Positions 36,686 through 46,096 of a stretch of 52,808 bases of DNA are shown here, one piece after another (within the stretch, counting starts at the first letter, position 1; each line of letters opens with the position of its first letter). The position numbers were made by a program, and so were the translations under genes. Below the pieces are notes generated by a model that had not been told where the DNA came from, made no database searches, and saw only the letters and a list, made by a program, of their open reading frames with translations. Source of the stretch: Ruminiclostridium sp. (GTDB lineage: Bacteria > Bacillota > Clostridia > Oscillospirales > Ruminococcaceae); contig JAFTAG010000002.1 in assembly GCA_017458655.1 (NCBI GenBank), forward strand, positions 1 through 52,808, given 5' to 3'.

Positions 36686-37780
36686 TTATTCTCGCATCAT
36701 AACGTAGTAGCTGCTTTCTCTGCCGCCATAGCGATAGTCGCCGCTCTTCCACTCAATGATAAGGTATTCCCTGCCGCCGAACTCCTTTATTTCATAGGCG
36801 CAGGCATTGCTGTTCCACTTGCGGAGCCAATAGCCGCGCGTCCATGTATGCTTGTCGTCGCCGGTGATGATCTCGTCGGCGTAAACGGCTGTGCAGTGAC
36901 CGCCCTCGGCGAACTCTATCTCCCTGAAATAAGGGTCGGCAAGGTAGTTCCAAGCACCTGCGGGCGGGTTTTCAAACGGCACGAATTCCTCTTTTTGCAG
37001 CTCAACGGGGTCGAAGTAGCAGAACGCCTTCCATTTCCCGATGACACGCTCGTCATTGATAAACGGCTTGTTTATATCGTCCTTGCGCGCTATCAGTTCT
37101 TTCGTGTAACGAACGCTGTCGAGCTTGCGAAGCGCTATTGCGGTAGTTTCGCCTGTTTCGGCGCAGTCCATTGATTTGAGATCTACGATCATATACAGAT
37201 CGTCGCCTCGCTGCTCAAGCCGGTAGTCGTTGGAAAAGCTGCTCTCGCCGTCGCAGAAGATCAGCTTTCCCTTTGTCCAGCCGAAGCACCAGTAAAATTC
37301 CCCGTTCGGCAGAAAATACAAATGCCTGTTCCCGTCGCCTATCAGCAGCGTCGGATAATTCTCACCGTCCCCGCACTCACCGAGCACGAGCCATTTGCCG
37401 ATGACACGCTCGTCGTTCACGAACGGCAGATCGACATTTTCTTTGAGCGGTTTGTAGTTTTGCTCCATAATGATACCTCCGGATAATTTGTCCTTTAATT
37501 CCGCGAGATCACGGAGCTGCTGTTCAAGCTCTGCTTTTTTATCCGCAAACATAGCCTCGGTATGTTCGTCCGAGTACAGCATACGACGGATCTCCGCAAG
37601 CGAGAATCCGACCGCTTTCAGCTCGGCAATGCGCTCAAATACGGGTATCTGCGACCTGTCGTAGTAGCGGTATTCTGTAAACCTGTCGATGTAAAGCGGC
37701 TTTAAAAGCCCCTGCTTGTCGTAATGCCGCAGCACGGATATTTTGGTGCCGCAGGCTTTCGCAAAATCTCCTATTTTCAT
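36686..37780 (-). CDS. MerR-family transcriptional regulator with a duplicated C-terminal domain
   Basis: MKIGDFAK...VLRHYDKQGLLKP...YRYY...LKAVGFSLAEI HTH; PF(V/I)NDERVIGKW occurs twice. Confidence 0.88.
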   Translation of the reverse strand: MKIGDFAKACGTKISVLRHYDKQGLLKPLYIDRFTEYRYYDRSQIPVFERIAELKAVGFSLAEIRRMLYSDEHTEAMFADKKAELEQQLRDLAELKDKLSGGIIMEQNYKPLKENVDLPFVNDERVIGKWLVLGECGDGENYPTLLIGDGNRHLYFLPNGEFYWCFGWTKGKLIFCDGESSFSNDYRLEQRGDDLYMIVDLKSMDCAETGETTAIALRKLDSVRYTKELIARKDDINKPFINDERVIGKWKAFCYFDPVELQKEEFVPFENPPAGAWNYLADPYFREIEFAEGGHCTAVYADEIITGDDKHTWTRGYWLRKWNSNACAYEIKEFGGREYLIIEWKSGDYRYGGRESSYYVMMRE

Positions 37781-37824
37781 GATCTCAGCTCCTGTAAATA
37801 TTCTGTAAGGTACCTTATGTGCAT

Positions 37825-37855
37825 ATTATAAGCCTGAAGTCAGGGTGAGAGTCAA
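37825..37855 (-). promoter_or_regulatory. MerR-type promoter with 19-bp spacer
   Basis: TTGACT-N19-TATAAT with an internal dyad cctga-ct-tcagg. Confidence 0.7.
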
Positions 37856-37926
37856 GGGTTTTTGAAAAAAAATTTATTGAAATTTTACGCTTCTCATTGA
37901 ACTGCTCAAAGGTCATGTATATCCCT

Positions 37927-38308
37927 TTACACCAGCTTCACTACCAATGTCACACAAAAACAGCCGTCCCGTATCTCCGCATAGACCTCTCCGCCCATGA
38001 GCGACATCAGCCGCTTGCAGATGAACAAACCCAAACCGTTGCCCTGTATCTTACCGGCATTATTGCCGCGGTGAAAGCTCCCGAAGATCTGCGGGAGCTC
38101 CTTTTCTTCAAGAGTGCAGCCTGTATTCGTCACCGTGATCAGCTCGCAGCCGTCCATTTTGCCGAAACCTATCCCGATACGCTTTTGCTTCCACTCGGTA
38201 TTGTCCGTCGGAGGCTTTCCCGTGCTGAATGAGAACGATGTTCAGCGCCGCCGCAAGTATCAGGAATATCGCAAGCGTCGTGATACACAGCTTTCCGAAA
38301 GCCTTCAT
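37927..38308 (-). pseudogene. Sensor histidine kinase remnant (N-terminal TM joined out of frame to the HATPase C-terminus)
   Basis: MKAFGKL...YRVEAK in one frame; KRIGIGFGKMDG...NTG...FHRG..GNGLGLFICK (G1/F/G2 boxes) in another; H box missing. Confidence 0.8.
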
Positions 38309-39297
38309 ACGAACTTATACCCCACGCCCCAGACGGTCAGCAGACGCTTCGCGTTTTTGGGATCGTCGCCGAGCTTCTGCCGCAGGCGGTTGATGTGCAC
38401 ATGAAGCGTCTGCGGCTCCGAGTCGCTGTCACTTCCCCAAACGCTCGAAAACAGATACTCCTTTTTAAGCGCCTTGCCCTGATTTTCTATAAGCAGCGCC
38501 ACATCGGCGGCAACATTGCAAGTATTACCAGCGCCCTGTTCCATAAGCCAATTGTTCAGCTCTCTTTCGCGGTCACACAGCTCCTTGTCGCCTCCGCCGA
38601 AATGCCCCATTTTCTTTTCTCCCATGATACCGCCGTCCACGATGTAAAGGATACGGCTGCACTTGGCGGCTACCTTCGGGTCATGCGTCATGCACAGGAC
38701 AGTCGTTCCGTCACGGTTCAGAGACAAAAGCTCATTCATCACCTCGTCGGAGCTTGAACGGTTCAGCGCTCCCGTGGGTTCATCGGCGAATATCATCTTG
38801 GGGGAATTTATCATACTGCGGCAGATGCACGCCCTCTGGAGCTGACCGCCCGACACCTTGTTGATGTCATTGGCTCCCACGTCGTCAATACCGAGCCTGC
38901 GCATAAGTGAGCGTCCGCGTTCCTCGGTCTGTTTGCGGCTTTCGGTGTTCTTTTTCGATTTGACCACGGGAAGAATTATGTTATCCAGCACGGAAAGATT
39001 TTTCATCATATACATCTGCTGAAAGATAAAGCCCATTTCGTCAAGCCTGAGCCGTGCAAGCTCCTTGTCCGAAAGCTTTGCGGTCTCCTTGCCGTTGAAG
39101 ATGACCTCGCCCGCTGTAACTCTGTCCATTCCCGAAACGCAGTAGAGAAGCGTGGATTTTCCGGAACCGGACGGTCCCATTACCGCTACCATTTCGCCCT
39201 CCGTGATCGTAAGATCTATATTTTTCAGAACATTGTTCTGGGGCTTGTTCACGATGTAGGTCTTGCAAAGTCCTTTTGTCTGTAAAACGGTATTCAT
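38305..39297 (-). CDS. ABC transporter ATP-binding protein fused in frame to an OmpR-type DNA-binding domain remnant
   Basis: GPSGSGKST, SGGQLQR, FADEPTGAL, THD, followed by VWG..S...TLHVHINRLRQKL..DP....LLTVWGVGYKF; junction near 38533. Confidence 0.8.
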   Translation of the reverse strand: MNTVLQTKGLCKTYIVNKPQNNVLKNIDLTITEGEMVAVMGPSGSGKSTLLYCVSGMDRVTAGEVIFNGKETAKLSDKELARLRLDEMGFIFQQMYMMKNLSVLDNIILPVVKSKKNTESRKQTEERGRSLMRRLGIDDVGANDINKVSGGQLQRACICRSMINSPKMIFADEPTGALNRSSSDEVMNELLSLNRDGTTVLCMTHDPKVAAKCSRILYIVDGGIMGEKKMGHFGGGDKELCDRERELNNWLMEQGAGNTCNVAADVALLIENQGKALKKEYLFSSVWGSDSDSEPQTLHVHINRLRQKLGDDPKNAKRLLTVWGVGYKFV

Positions 39298-39310
39298 AAT
39301 AAGTTCCTCC

Positions 39311-39859
39311 TTATTCAATGGAAGCGGTATCGCTTGCCTTTATTGTTTTGGTATAAAGCGCGGTCATAAATGTGCCGATGACCGTGACGCCGATAAGTAT
39401 CGCGGGGCACACCGCAAATATCTCGACCGCGTCAAAGGCGATATCTGTCGATGAAACGCTGCCGACAGGAACGCTTCCGATCTCCCGATCGTCGTCATCA
39501 AAATATTTGCAGCCGAATTCCTTGTCTGAGATAAATCCTGTCCCGTTGATAAGCTCCTTGTGCTTTTCGCCGTTCAGCCTGAAATGCTCCGGCGTCAGAT
39601 AGAACATCTCCTCCACCCTCACAGCATTCACACCGGGGAGAGCGCTGAGCTTCTTATCAAGCTCCTGACCGAACGGCATAATGATCTTCACATCGGGCGC
39701 GTCCGAAATTTCCATAAAGTGTTCGATACCGCCCGTCACCGCGATGATGTTGTTGACACTTGCCGCCGCGAGCATCGAACACAGGATAACGAACAGCAGA
39801 AGGATCATATTCATCGTTTTCTTTCGTTTCAGGTCTTTTTTAAGTATTCTCCAAAACAT
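39311..39859 (-). pseudogene. FtsX-like ABC permease with a large in-frame internal deletion
   Basis: Permease-like N-terminus MFWRILKKDLKRKKTMN plus TM is joined directly to a last TM and the C-terminal TIKASDTASIE; only 182 aa. Confidence 0.7.
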
Positions 39860-40355
39860 CGTTCATACCTCCGTATCGTGTATCGCTTTTCTCTATGCTT
39901 CGATTATACCACGGAAATTCTTAACAAGTCTTTAACTTTTGAAAAGCGGGGATAAAAACAGATGCTGCCAAAATGTTTGTGTCCGTTTTTGGGATGTCTT
40001 CGAGACCGTCGGCATTGTTCTTGTACTTCTTTGAGGGATCCGAAAGCTCGTCAACTCTTATAAGAGGGCGATCCCCCGGGAACGACAATAAGATAATGAT
40101 GACCGTCGCAAGGAGCGGGAACGAAGGAAATGACACAGGCGGCAGCGTCATACTCTAAGGGGACGGCATTGAAAGCATCTTGTTTTCGTGTAATTGCACA
40201 AATATCGGCCTCATTTTTGTTGGTTTGTACGAATCGCTTCACAAATCAGCTTGCCTTTGTGCGTTTGTATTGATATTTGTTTTATTTATGGTATAATTAA
40301 GTATAAAAGAGTGTGAAAAACACTCGAAATAATAAAAAAAGGCAAGGAAAACAAA

Positions 40356-41078
40356 ATGTCGGAAAGAAACGCAGAGCTGCACATCGGACACAGAAAACGA
40401 ATGAAAAAGAAAATTGTCGATTTTGGCATTGATTCCCTGCAAGACCACGAGATACTTGAAGCTTTATTGTTTTACACGATGCCGCAGGGCGATACAAACG
40501 AGCTCGCACATACATTGCTGAATGAATTCGGCGGCAAGCTCGTCAACGTGGTCAATGCCGACTACGACAAGCTTCTTGATATAAAAGGCATAGGTGTGCA
40601 TACCGCAAGCTTTTTCGTGCTTCTGCGACATTTTTCCAAAAAGTATCTGATAGATTCATATTGCTGTGAGCATCTCAATTACGCGGAAAATGCCGATGCT
40701 ATGTGCGAGCTGTGCAAGAGAATGTTCGTAGGCATACCGAATGAGGTCATCTACGCCGCGTCGCTGAGCAGCGAGCTCGACATCATCAGCTCGAAGAAGC
40801 TGCACGACGGCGGATTTGACGCGGCTGTCATAACTCCGAGAGCGCTTATTGATTTTGCCATAAGCGAAAAGAGCAACAATATCGTTATCATACACAATCA
40901 CCCGCGCGGGTCGGCGCTTCCCTCACGCGAGGATATCTCCACGACCGGGAAGCTGGTATCTACACTGAGGCTTCTCAATGTCGATATTATCGACCACATA
41001 ATCGTCGGCAGAGACAGCACGTTCTCCATGCGCTCGTCGCTGTATGCCGGCGAGATATGGAACCATAACGACGAGTAA
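40356..41078 (+). CDS. radC: RadC family (HhH plus JAB/MPN) protein
   Basis: GHRKRM...HEILE.LL, IKGIG HhH, IHNHPRG...PSREDI, IIDHIIVG. Confidence 0.9.
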   Translation: MSERNAELHIGHRKRMKKKIVDFGIDSLQDHEILEALLFYTMPQGDTNELAHTLLNEFGGKLVNVVNADYDKLLDIKGIGVHTASFFVLLRHFSKKYLIDSYCCEHLNYAENADAMCELCKRMFVGIPNEVIYAASLSSELDIISSKKLHDGGFDAAVITPRALIDFAISEKSNNIVIIHNHPRGSALPSREDISTTGKLVSTLRLLNVDIIDHIIVGRDSTFSMRSSLYAGEIWNHNDE

Positions 41079-41082
41079 TAAT

Positions 41083-41122
41083 AAAAACGCGGTACAGATC
41101 TACACCTGCACCGCGTTTTTTT
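41083..41122. terminator. Bidirectional intrinsic terminator
   Basis: aaaaacgcggtacag...ctgcaccgcgttttttt. Confidence 0.75.
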
Positions 41123-42470
41123 ATTTATCTTTACGGTTGATGCTCGCACTTATCGAGCTTGTTATACGCTTTCCGCTCTTTATGGTGATACGCTTGGCCG
41201 AGGCCGTTATGCTGCGCACCTTCTGAATGGAGTTCGTTATGCCGGAGACCGATGAATACAGTATTTCCTGCGTCTTTGTCTCGCGGCTCTGGGTAATGCC
41301 CTTCTTATAGTTCTCAACGACGATCTGATACCGCTCAAACGCTCTCTTTACAGCATCTTCCCACGACAGATAGACGTCGTTCATGGCGTTTTCGCCTATC
41401 TCCTTCAGCTTATCGAGGTTTTGCGCGGCTTCTGTCAGTACCTTTCCGAAAGCGGCGGAATCATTTTCAGCAAGAAGCGCATTCCGCCCGTCGGTGAAAT
41501 CCTCCGCTGCACAGCTCCCCTTTATAAGAACGCTCGGAAGTCCGCACGCGGCCGCCTCACGGACAACGATACCGTTTGTGTCATAAAGCGACGGGAATAT
41601 GAAAAGGTCGCTCGCGGTATAGTATATCCTGAGCTCGCTGCGGTCGTTCACCGCTCCCGCGAAAATACACTTATCCATAACGCCGAGCCTTTCCGCTTCC
41701 GCCCTTATCTCATCGTTATCGCCGCCGTCACCGACTATCATCATTCTGAGATCTTTACCGCTCTCCTTGACGTATTTCACCGCTTCAAGGATAACGTGAA
41801 AGCCCTTGTACCAGAAGAGCCTTCCCACAAAGAGGAATACCGGTATGCCGGGCTCTATGCCGTATGTACTCCGAAGCGCGGCAACATCCTCCTCCGATGC
41901 TTTTCCTTTCGGAAAATCAACACCGTTGTGCATTATAACGTATTCGCCCTCATAGCCTATGCTGCGGAGGTTCTCCCCCGCACCTCGGCTCACCGTCCAC
42001 ACTTCATCGCAGACGGAGATATTCTGCACGACGAATTTTGTTATCTGCGGTTCAAGCAGGGGGCTGTCCATCACTCGCTTGATATCCTCGTCAAATTTGG
42101 TATGATATGTCATAATAAGCGGAGAACCGCACTTTTCCTTTAAATTTCTCGCGAATACCGTGGAAGCGAACGGACAATGGCTGTGAATCACGTCGAATTT
42201 GCAGTTCTTCATAGCTTCAAGCTTGGACGCGCTGAAAGGATATCCCGCGCGGTAGCCTATCTGCTTTTCCGTGGAAAGGCTCGAATAGCGCACTACCGGG
42301 AAGGGATAATCATCTACGGCTCCCGGGTATGACGGAGTAACTACCGTCGCGGAACCGAGCTCGTCCTGTATTATTCTCGCGTAATTCATCACCGCCGTGG
42401 CAACACCGTCTATAAGCGGCGCGAATGAATCATTCAGCAGACATACGTTAAATTTATCGCTCATTTTCAT
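41121..42470 (-). CDS. GT4 glycosyltransferase (diacylglycerol glucosyltransferase-like)
   Basis: NDSFAPLIDGV, IHSHCPF, TYHTKF, FLFVGRLFWYK, FPSLYDTNGIVVREAAACGLP. Confidence 0.88.
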   Translation of the reverse strand: MKMSDKFNVCLLNDSFAPLIDGVATAVMNYARIIQDELGSATVVTPSYPGAVDDYPFPVVRYSSLSTEKQIGYRAGYPFSASKLEAMKNCKFDVIHSHCPFASTVFARNLKEKCGSPLIMTYHTKFDEDIKRVMDSPLLEPQITKFVVQNISVCDEVWTVSRGAGENLRSIGYEGEYVIMHNGVDFPKGKASEEDVAALRSTYGIEPGIPVFLFVGRLFWYKGFHVILEAVKYVKESGKDLRMMIVGDGGDNDEIRAEAERLGVMDKCIFAGAVNDRSELRIYYTASDLFIFPSLYDTNGIVVREAAACGLPSVLIKGSCAAEDFTDGRNALLAENDSAAFGKVLTEAAQNLDKLKEIGENAMNDVYLSWEDAVKRAFERYQIVVENYKKGITQSRETKTQEILYSSVSGITNSIQKVRSITASAKRITIKSGKRITSSISASINRKDK

Positions 42471-42504
42471 CTCTCCGTAATGGGTTCCTTCAAAAAACTA
42501 TTGT

Positions 42505-42616
42505 TGTTCAGGCGTGTCGTCATTCAGTCGGCAGATAGCATAAAATTTTTGCAGGCATACCGGCGTATGTCAGGAAAATTTTGTGCAATATGACGGCTAA
42601 ATGGCGGTACGAACAG
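42505..42616. repeat. Long imperfect palindrome in the GT4 leader
   Basis: Nested arms cgtcattcagtcg/cggctaaatggcg, gcataaaatttt/aaaattttgtgc and gcatac/gtatgt. Confidence 0.6.
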
Positions 42617-42725
42617 GCGGCAAGAGTTTTTCAGAGGTGCCCGAATATATTGTATATCATTTAAGAAGATTATACTATATTTTGAGAAAAAAATCAAGAG
42701 CTATACCGTACAAAAAATGTAATTT

Positions 42726-43592
42726 TTACCGTAAAAGGGCTGAAATATCCTCCGGAAGCTCCGAGCTGAGGTCTATGCGTTCCTGTGTAAAGGGATGTAT
42801 GAACATCATCTTCCCGCAGTGCAGCGCCTGCCTGCTGATAAGTGTCATATCTCCGCCGTAAAGCTCATCGCCCGGCAGCGGGAACCCGAGATACGAAAAA
42901 TGCACCCTTATCTGGTGCGTTCTGCCGGTGTGCAGCTTTATCTCAAGCAGGGTCAGGTCATTTGCGGACATCACTGTGCGGTATTCCGTTTCGGCATAGC
43001 TGCCGTGTTCGTCAACAATACGCCTCGGGAGACCCTCTTTTTCCCGCGCTATCGGCGCGATTATCCTGCCGCTCTCGCCGTATTTTTTGGTGAAGCCCTT
43101 CCCTACCGCCGCGTAATACAGCTTTTCGGGTCTGTATTTTTCTTCGGTCGTAAGCCTCGACGAGGCAAAGCGGTTTTTGGCTATCGCAACAAGACCGGAG
43201 GTGTTCTTGTCGAGCCTGCTGACCGCGCGAAAGGTGATATCCGGATATATCGAAGCGAAATAATTCGCAAGAGTGTCCCGGATATGTCCCTTCGACTGAT
43301 GAACAGGCATTCCCGCCGGTTTGTCGAAAACCGTCACATCGTCATCGTCATAAACTATCCTGACATTAAGAGACGCATTGGGCGGTATGCTTGAAACGTC
43401 ATTCATACATACCGACAGGATATCTCCCGTATGCACCGTCTCGGAGACGGTAACGACACGGCCGTTCAGTATTATGCCGTCTGTGCGCTTCAATCCGGAC
43501 ACGGTGCCGTGACTGAAGCCGTATGCTTTCAGAAGCTCAGAGAGCCGCTTTCCGCTGTGCTCCTCGTCTATGATATAGTCTATCCTTCTCAT
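42726..43592 (-). CDS. RluA family pseudouridine synthase
   Basis: DKPAGMPVH, RLDKNTSGL, TGRTHQIRVH, GDELYG, RQALH; ATGA overlap with the upstream kinase. Confidence 0.92.
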   Translation of the reverse strand: MRRIDYIIDEEHSGKRLSELLKAYGFSHGTVSGLKRTDGIILNGRVVTVSETVHTGDILSVCMNDVSSIPPNASLNVRIVYDDDDVTVFDKPAGMPVHQSKGHIRDTLANYFASIYPDITFRAVSRLDKNTSGLVAIAKNRFASSRLTTEEKYRPEKLYYAAVGKGFTKKYGESGRIIAPIAREKEGLPRRIVDEHGSYAETEYRTVMSANDLTLLEIKLHTGRTHQIRVHFSYLGFPLPGDELYGGDMTLISRQALHCGKMMFIHPFTQERIDLSSELPEDISALLR

Positions 43593-45037
43593 ATATCGGG
43601 CTGCTCCCGTACACACTCGAACCAGAAGGTCGTGCCCTCTCCCTCTGTGCTGTCAACGCCGTATCTGAAGCCGTGGCACTCGAATACGCTCCTTACGATG
43701 GAAAGACCGAGCCCGGTGCCTTTTACCGTGCGCTTGTAGTTCTCGGAGCGGTTCACCTTATAATAGCGATCCCAGATATACGGCAGCTTATCTGCGGATA
43801 TCCCGACGCCCTTGTCCGCGACTTCAAACCGCACCTGCCCGCCGTCGATATCGTACAGCCTTACATATACCTCATCAACGCCGGAATAGTTTATAGCGTT
43901 GATTATCAGATTATACACAGCCTGCCCTATCTGCTTTGAATCGGCATTTATAAAGACATAATCCTCGCAGTCGAGAATTATCTTCGTTTCATCGAGCATA
44001 GAGAACCTCGACACGATATCCTGCAGAAGAACGCTGAAATTTATTACCTTTCGTTCCATCTGAACGGCTCCGCTCTGCAGCTTTGAAAGGTTGAGGATAT
44101 CATTTACGAGCAGAGTAAGTCTGTCGGCTTCGTCGATTATAACGCCGAGGTGCTTCTCACGCTTTTCGGGATTATTACCGGAAAGGTCGCGTATCATCTC
44201 CGCGTACGCCTTTATCATCGTGAGCGGAGTGCGAAGGTCGTGGGAAATATTTGCAAGAAGGTCTTTACGCAGGTTTTCTGTCTTGCATATCTCTTCCGAG
44301 GCTTTGTTAAGGTTATCGGTAAGAATGACTATCTCGCTGTAATCGTGAGGAGAAGCCTCCACCTTGAAATCACCCGTGATAAGCTTATCCGTCGAGCGGG
44401 ATATCCTTATAAGCGGCTCGGATATTCGCGAGGAGATTATGACGGAAAGTACAAGGCTCACAAGTATGATCAGGATCGAAGAATTAACAAAGATATTTGT
44501 AAGTATCTGTGTGGTCGTGCCGGTAGGTTCGAGGAAAGCGTAAATAAAAATGTAGCCTACGGGCTCCTCGGGAGTTCCGACAAAGGTAGCCAGCAGAAAG
44601 GACTGCTTTGTTTCGTCATTTACCGGGAAAAAGATAGTCCCTGTCTTGGATCTTGTGAGTTCATCGACCATTTCATCGCTTACACGGCGGTCGATAGATA
44701 TGGACGAGCCGGTGGTATCGCGGGAATATGTGAACGGGAGACCGCCCGTCACAGAAGACGGGAAGTGGATAAGTATGCCGAGCTGTTTGTTCCTGGCGTT
44801 CTCATCTATAACGTTCTTGATATTGTCGGTATTCCACGCTCTTTTGATCTCTACGGACGTGGATATACATTCCTGCGTCTTTATAAATTCATATATCGCA
44901 GGCATAAAAACTACCTGCGATATAAACAGGAATATAAGGATAGCCGCGGTATAGAGGGACAGGCTCCGCCATATCTTGAAGCGGATGCTCCCTAAAAAAT
45001 AACCACTTTTTCCGGGTTTTTCGTCGGGCTTAGTCAT
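43589..45037 (-). CDS. HAMP-domain sensor histidine kinase
   Basis: Two TM segments, HAMP, ANISHDLRTPL, NLIINAINY, ADKGVG, GTGLGL. Confidence 0.93.
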   Translation of the reverse strand: MTKPDEKPGKSGYFLGSIRFKIWRSLSLYTAAILIFLFISQVVFMPAIYEFIKTQECISTSVEIKRAWNTDNIKNVIDENARNKQLGILIHFPSSVTGGLPFTYSRDTTGSSISIDRRVSDEMVDELTRSKTGTIFFPVNDETKQSFLLATFVGTPEEPVGYIFIYAFLEPTGTTTQILTNIFVNSSILIILVSLVLSVIISSRISEPLIRISRSTDKLITGDFKVEASPHDYSEIVILTDNLNKASEEICKTENLRKDLLANISHDLRTPLTMIKAYAEMIRDLSGNNPEKREKHLGVIIDEADRLTLLVNDILNLSKLQSGAVQMERKVINFSVLLQDIVSRFSMLDETKIILDCEDYVFINADSKQIGQAVYNLIINAINYSGVDEVYVRLYDIDGGQVRFEVADKGVGISADKLPYIWDRYYKVNRSENYKRTVKGTGLGLSIVRSVFECHGFRYGVDSTEGEGTTFWFECVREQPDI

Positions 45038-45702
45038 ACTTCAAATTTATATCCCATTCCGCGGAGAGTAACTATATACTTGCGGTATTCTCCGAGATTG
45101 TTCCGCAGCATTTTTATATGCGTGTCTATCGTTCTGTCGTCGCCGTAGAAATCATAGCCCCACACCTCGGACAACAGCTTGTCCCTTGTGAGAGCTATAT
45201 TCTTGTTTCTTACGAGATAGAACAGCAGGTCGTATTCCTTCGGGGTAAGATTTGCCTTTTCGCCGTCGATAGTCACGCTTCTGGCGGTAAAGTTTATTTC
45301 GAGACCCTCGAATTTTACAGTCTCGGACGCAGCAGCGGCGGGCTGATTACGCTTGATTATCGCGTTTACGCGCGCAAGGACTTCCTTCGGCGAAAACGGC
45401 TTTACGACATAATCATCGGCTCCTATCTCGAACCCGAAGAGCTTATCGTATTCCTCGCCTCTTGCCGACAGCATAAGTACGGGAGTATTCTTGACCTTGC
45501 GTATCTCCTTGCAGGCGGAAAAGCCGTCGAGCTTCGGCATCATCACATCGAGAATGATGATATCGAAATCCTCGTTCTTTGCCATTTCCACCGCCTGCAT
45601 ACCGTCAACGGCTTCTTTCACATCGTGGCCTTCAAATTCGGCGTATTCACGAATGACTTCTCTGATGTTCTGTTCATCATCTGCTACTAAAATCTTGTAC
45701 AT
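45034..45702 (-). CDS. OmpR/PhoB-family response regulator (ResD/CssR-like)
   Basis: ILVADDE, LDVMMP, GADDYVVKPF, LTPKEYDLL, RTIDTHIKMLR; GGAGG SD before ATG 45702. Confidence 0.93.
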   Translation of the reverse strand: MYKILVADDEQNIREVIREYAEFEGHDVKEAVDGMQAVEMAKNEDFDIIILDVMMPKLDGFSACKEIRKVKNTPVLMLSARGEEYDKLFGFEIGADDYVVKPFSPKEVLARVNAIIKRNQPAAAASETVKFEGLEINFTARSVTIDGEKANLTPKEYDLLFYLVRNKNIALTRDKLLSEVWGYDFYGDDRTIDTHIKMLRNNLGEYRKYIVTLRGMGYKFEV

Positions 45703-45721
45703 ACATTCCTCCGGATCATTT

Positions 45722-45860
45722 ATTATGATCACCCGGATAACTCACCACGCAGGAACAATTCACAATTGTGGTGCGGCTTAACCGCAATTCCGGATCGTGA
45801 CGAGATCCAAGCGCCTTTTATACAGATTTATGGTAAATTAACCGGGAGATCACATTTAAA
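45722..45860. repeat. Repeat element copy E (terminal inverted repeats present, heptamer arrays absent)
   Basis: Left atgatcacccggataactcacca; internal attgtggtgcggcttaaccgc and tccggatcgtgacga; right tatggtaaattaaccgggagatcacattt is the reverse complement of the family terminus. Confidence 0.7.
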
Positions 45861-45873
45861 AATCATAATTTGT

Positions 45874-46027
45874 AAAAAAAATGTCCAGTAAAGGAACCGA
45901 TGTCCTATTACTGAACGGGCTTCCCAAGGGGAAACATCAAATCAAATAAAAAACAATGAAATGTTGGGAGAGGAAATTATGATTAACTCATCATTAACCA
46001 TACCATTAAGGGTGACCCCTTAACTTG
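45874..46027 (-). ncRNA. Candidate small regulatory RNA
   Basis: TATAAT at 46033-46038, 5' hairpin ttaaggg-gtca-cccttaa, CU-rich cataatttcctctccc tract, 3' hairpin followed by T8. Confidence 0.5.
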
Positions 46028-46096
46028 ATATTATTATAGCCCGTATTTGTGAAAAATATGTGATAAAATTTTAAAAAATATCTAAGTAATTGATAA

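Noticed and set aside
39921-40242. Small overlapping ORFs between the permease remnant and radC
   Set aside because: Short, with no SD or motif; possibly gene debris but not identifiable.
36402-40300. Intact integrative element at tRNA-Arg
   Set aside because: No integrase and no duplicated tRNA 3' end (att site) seen; it can only be called a decayed accessory patch.
5395-41078. dprA, comFB and radC as a competence cluster
   Set aside because: They are tens of kb apart in unrelated contexts with no shared upstream motif recognised.
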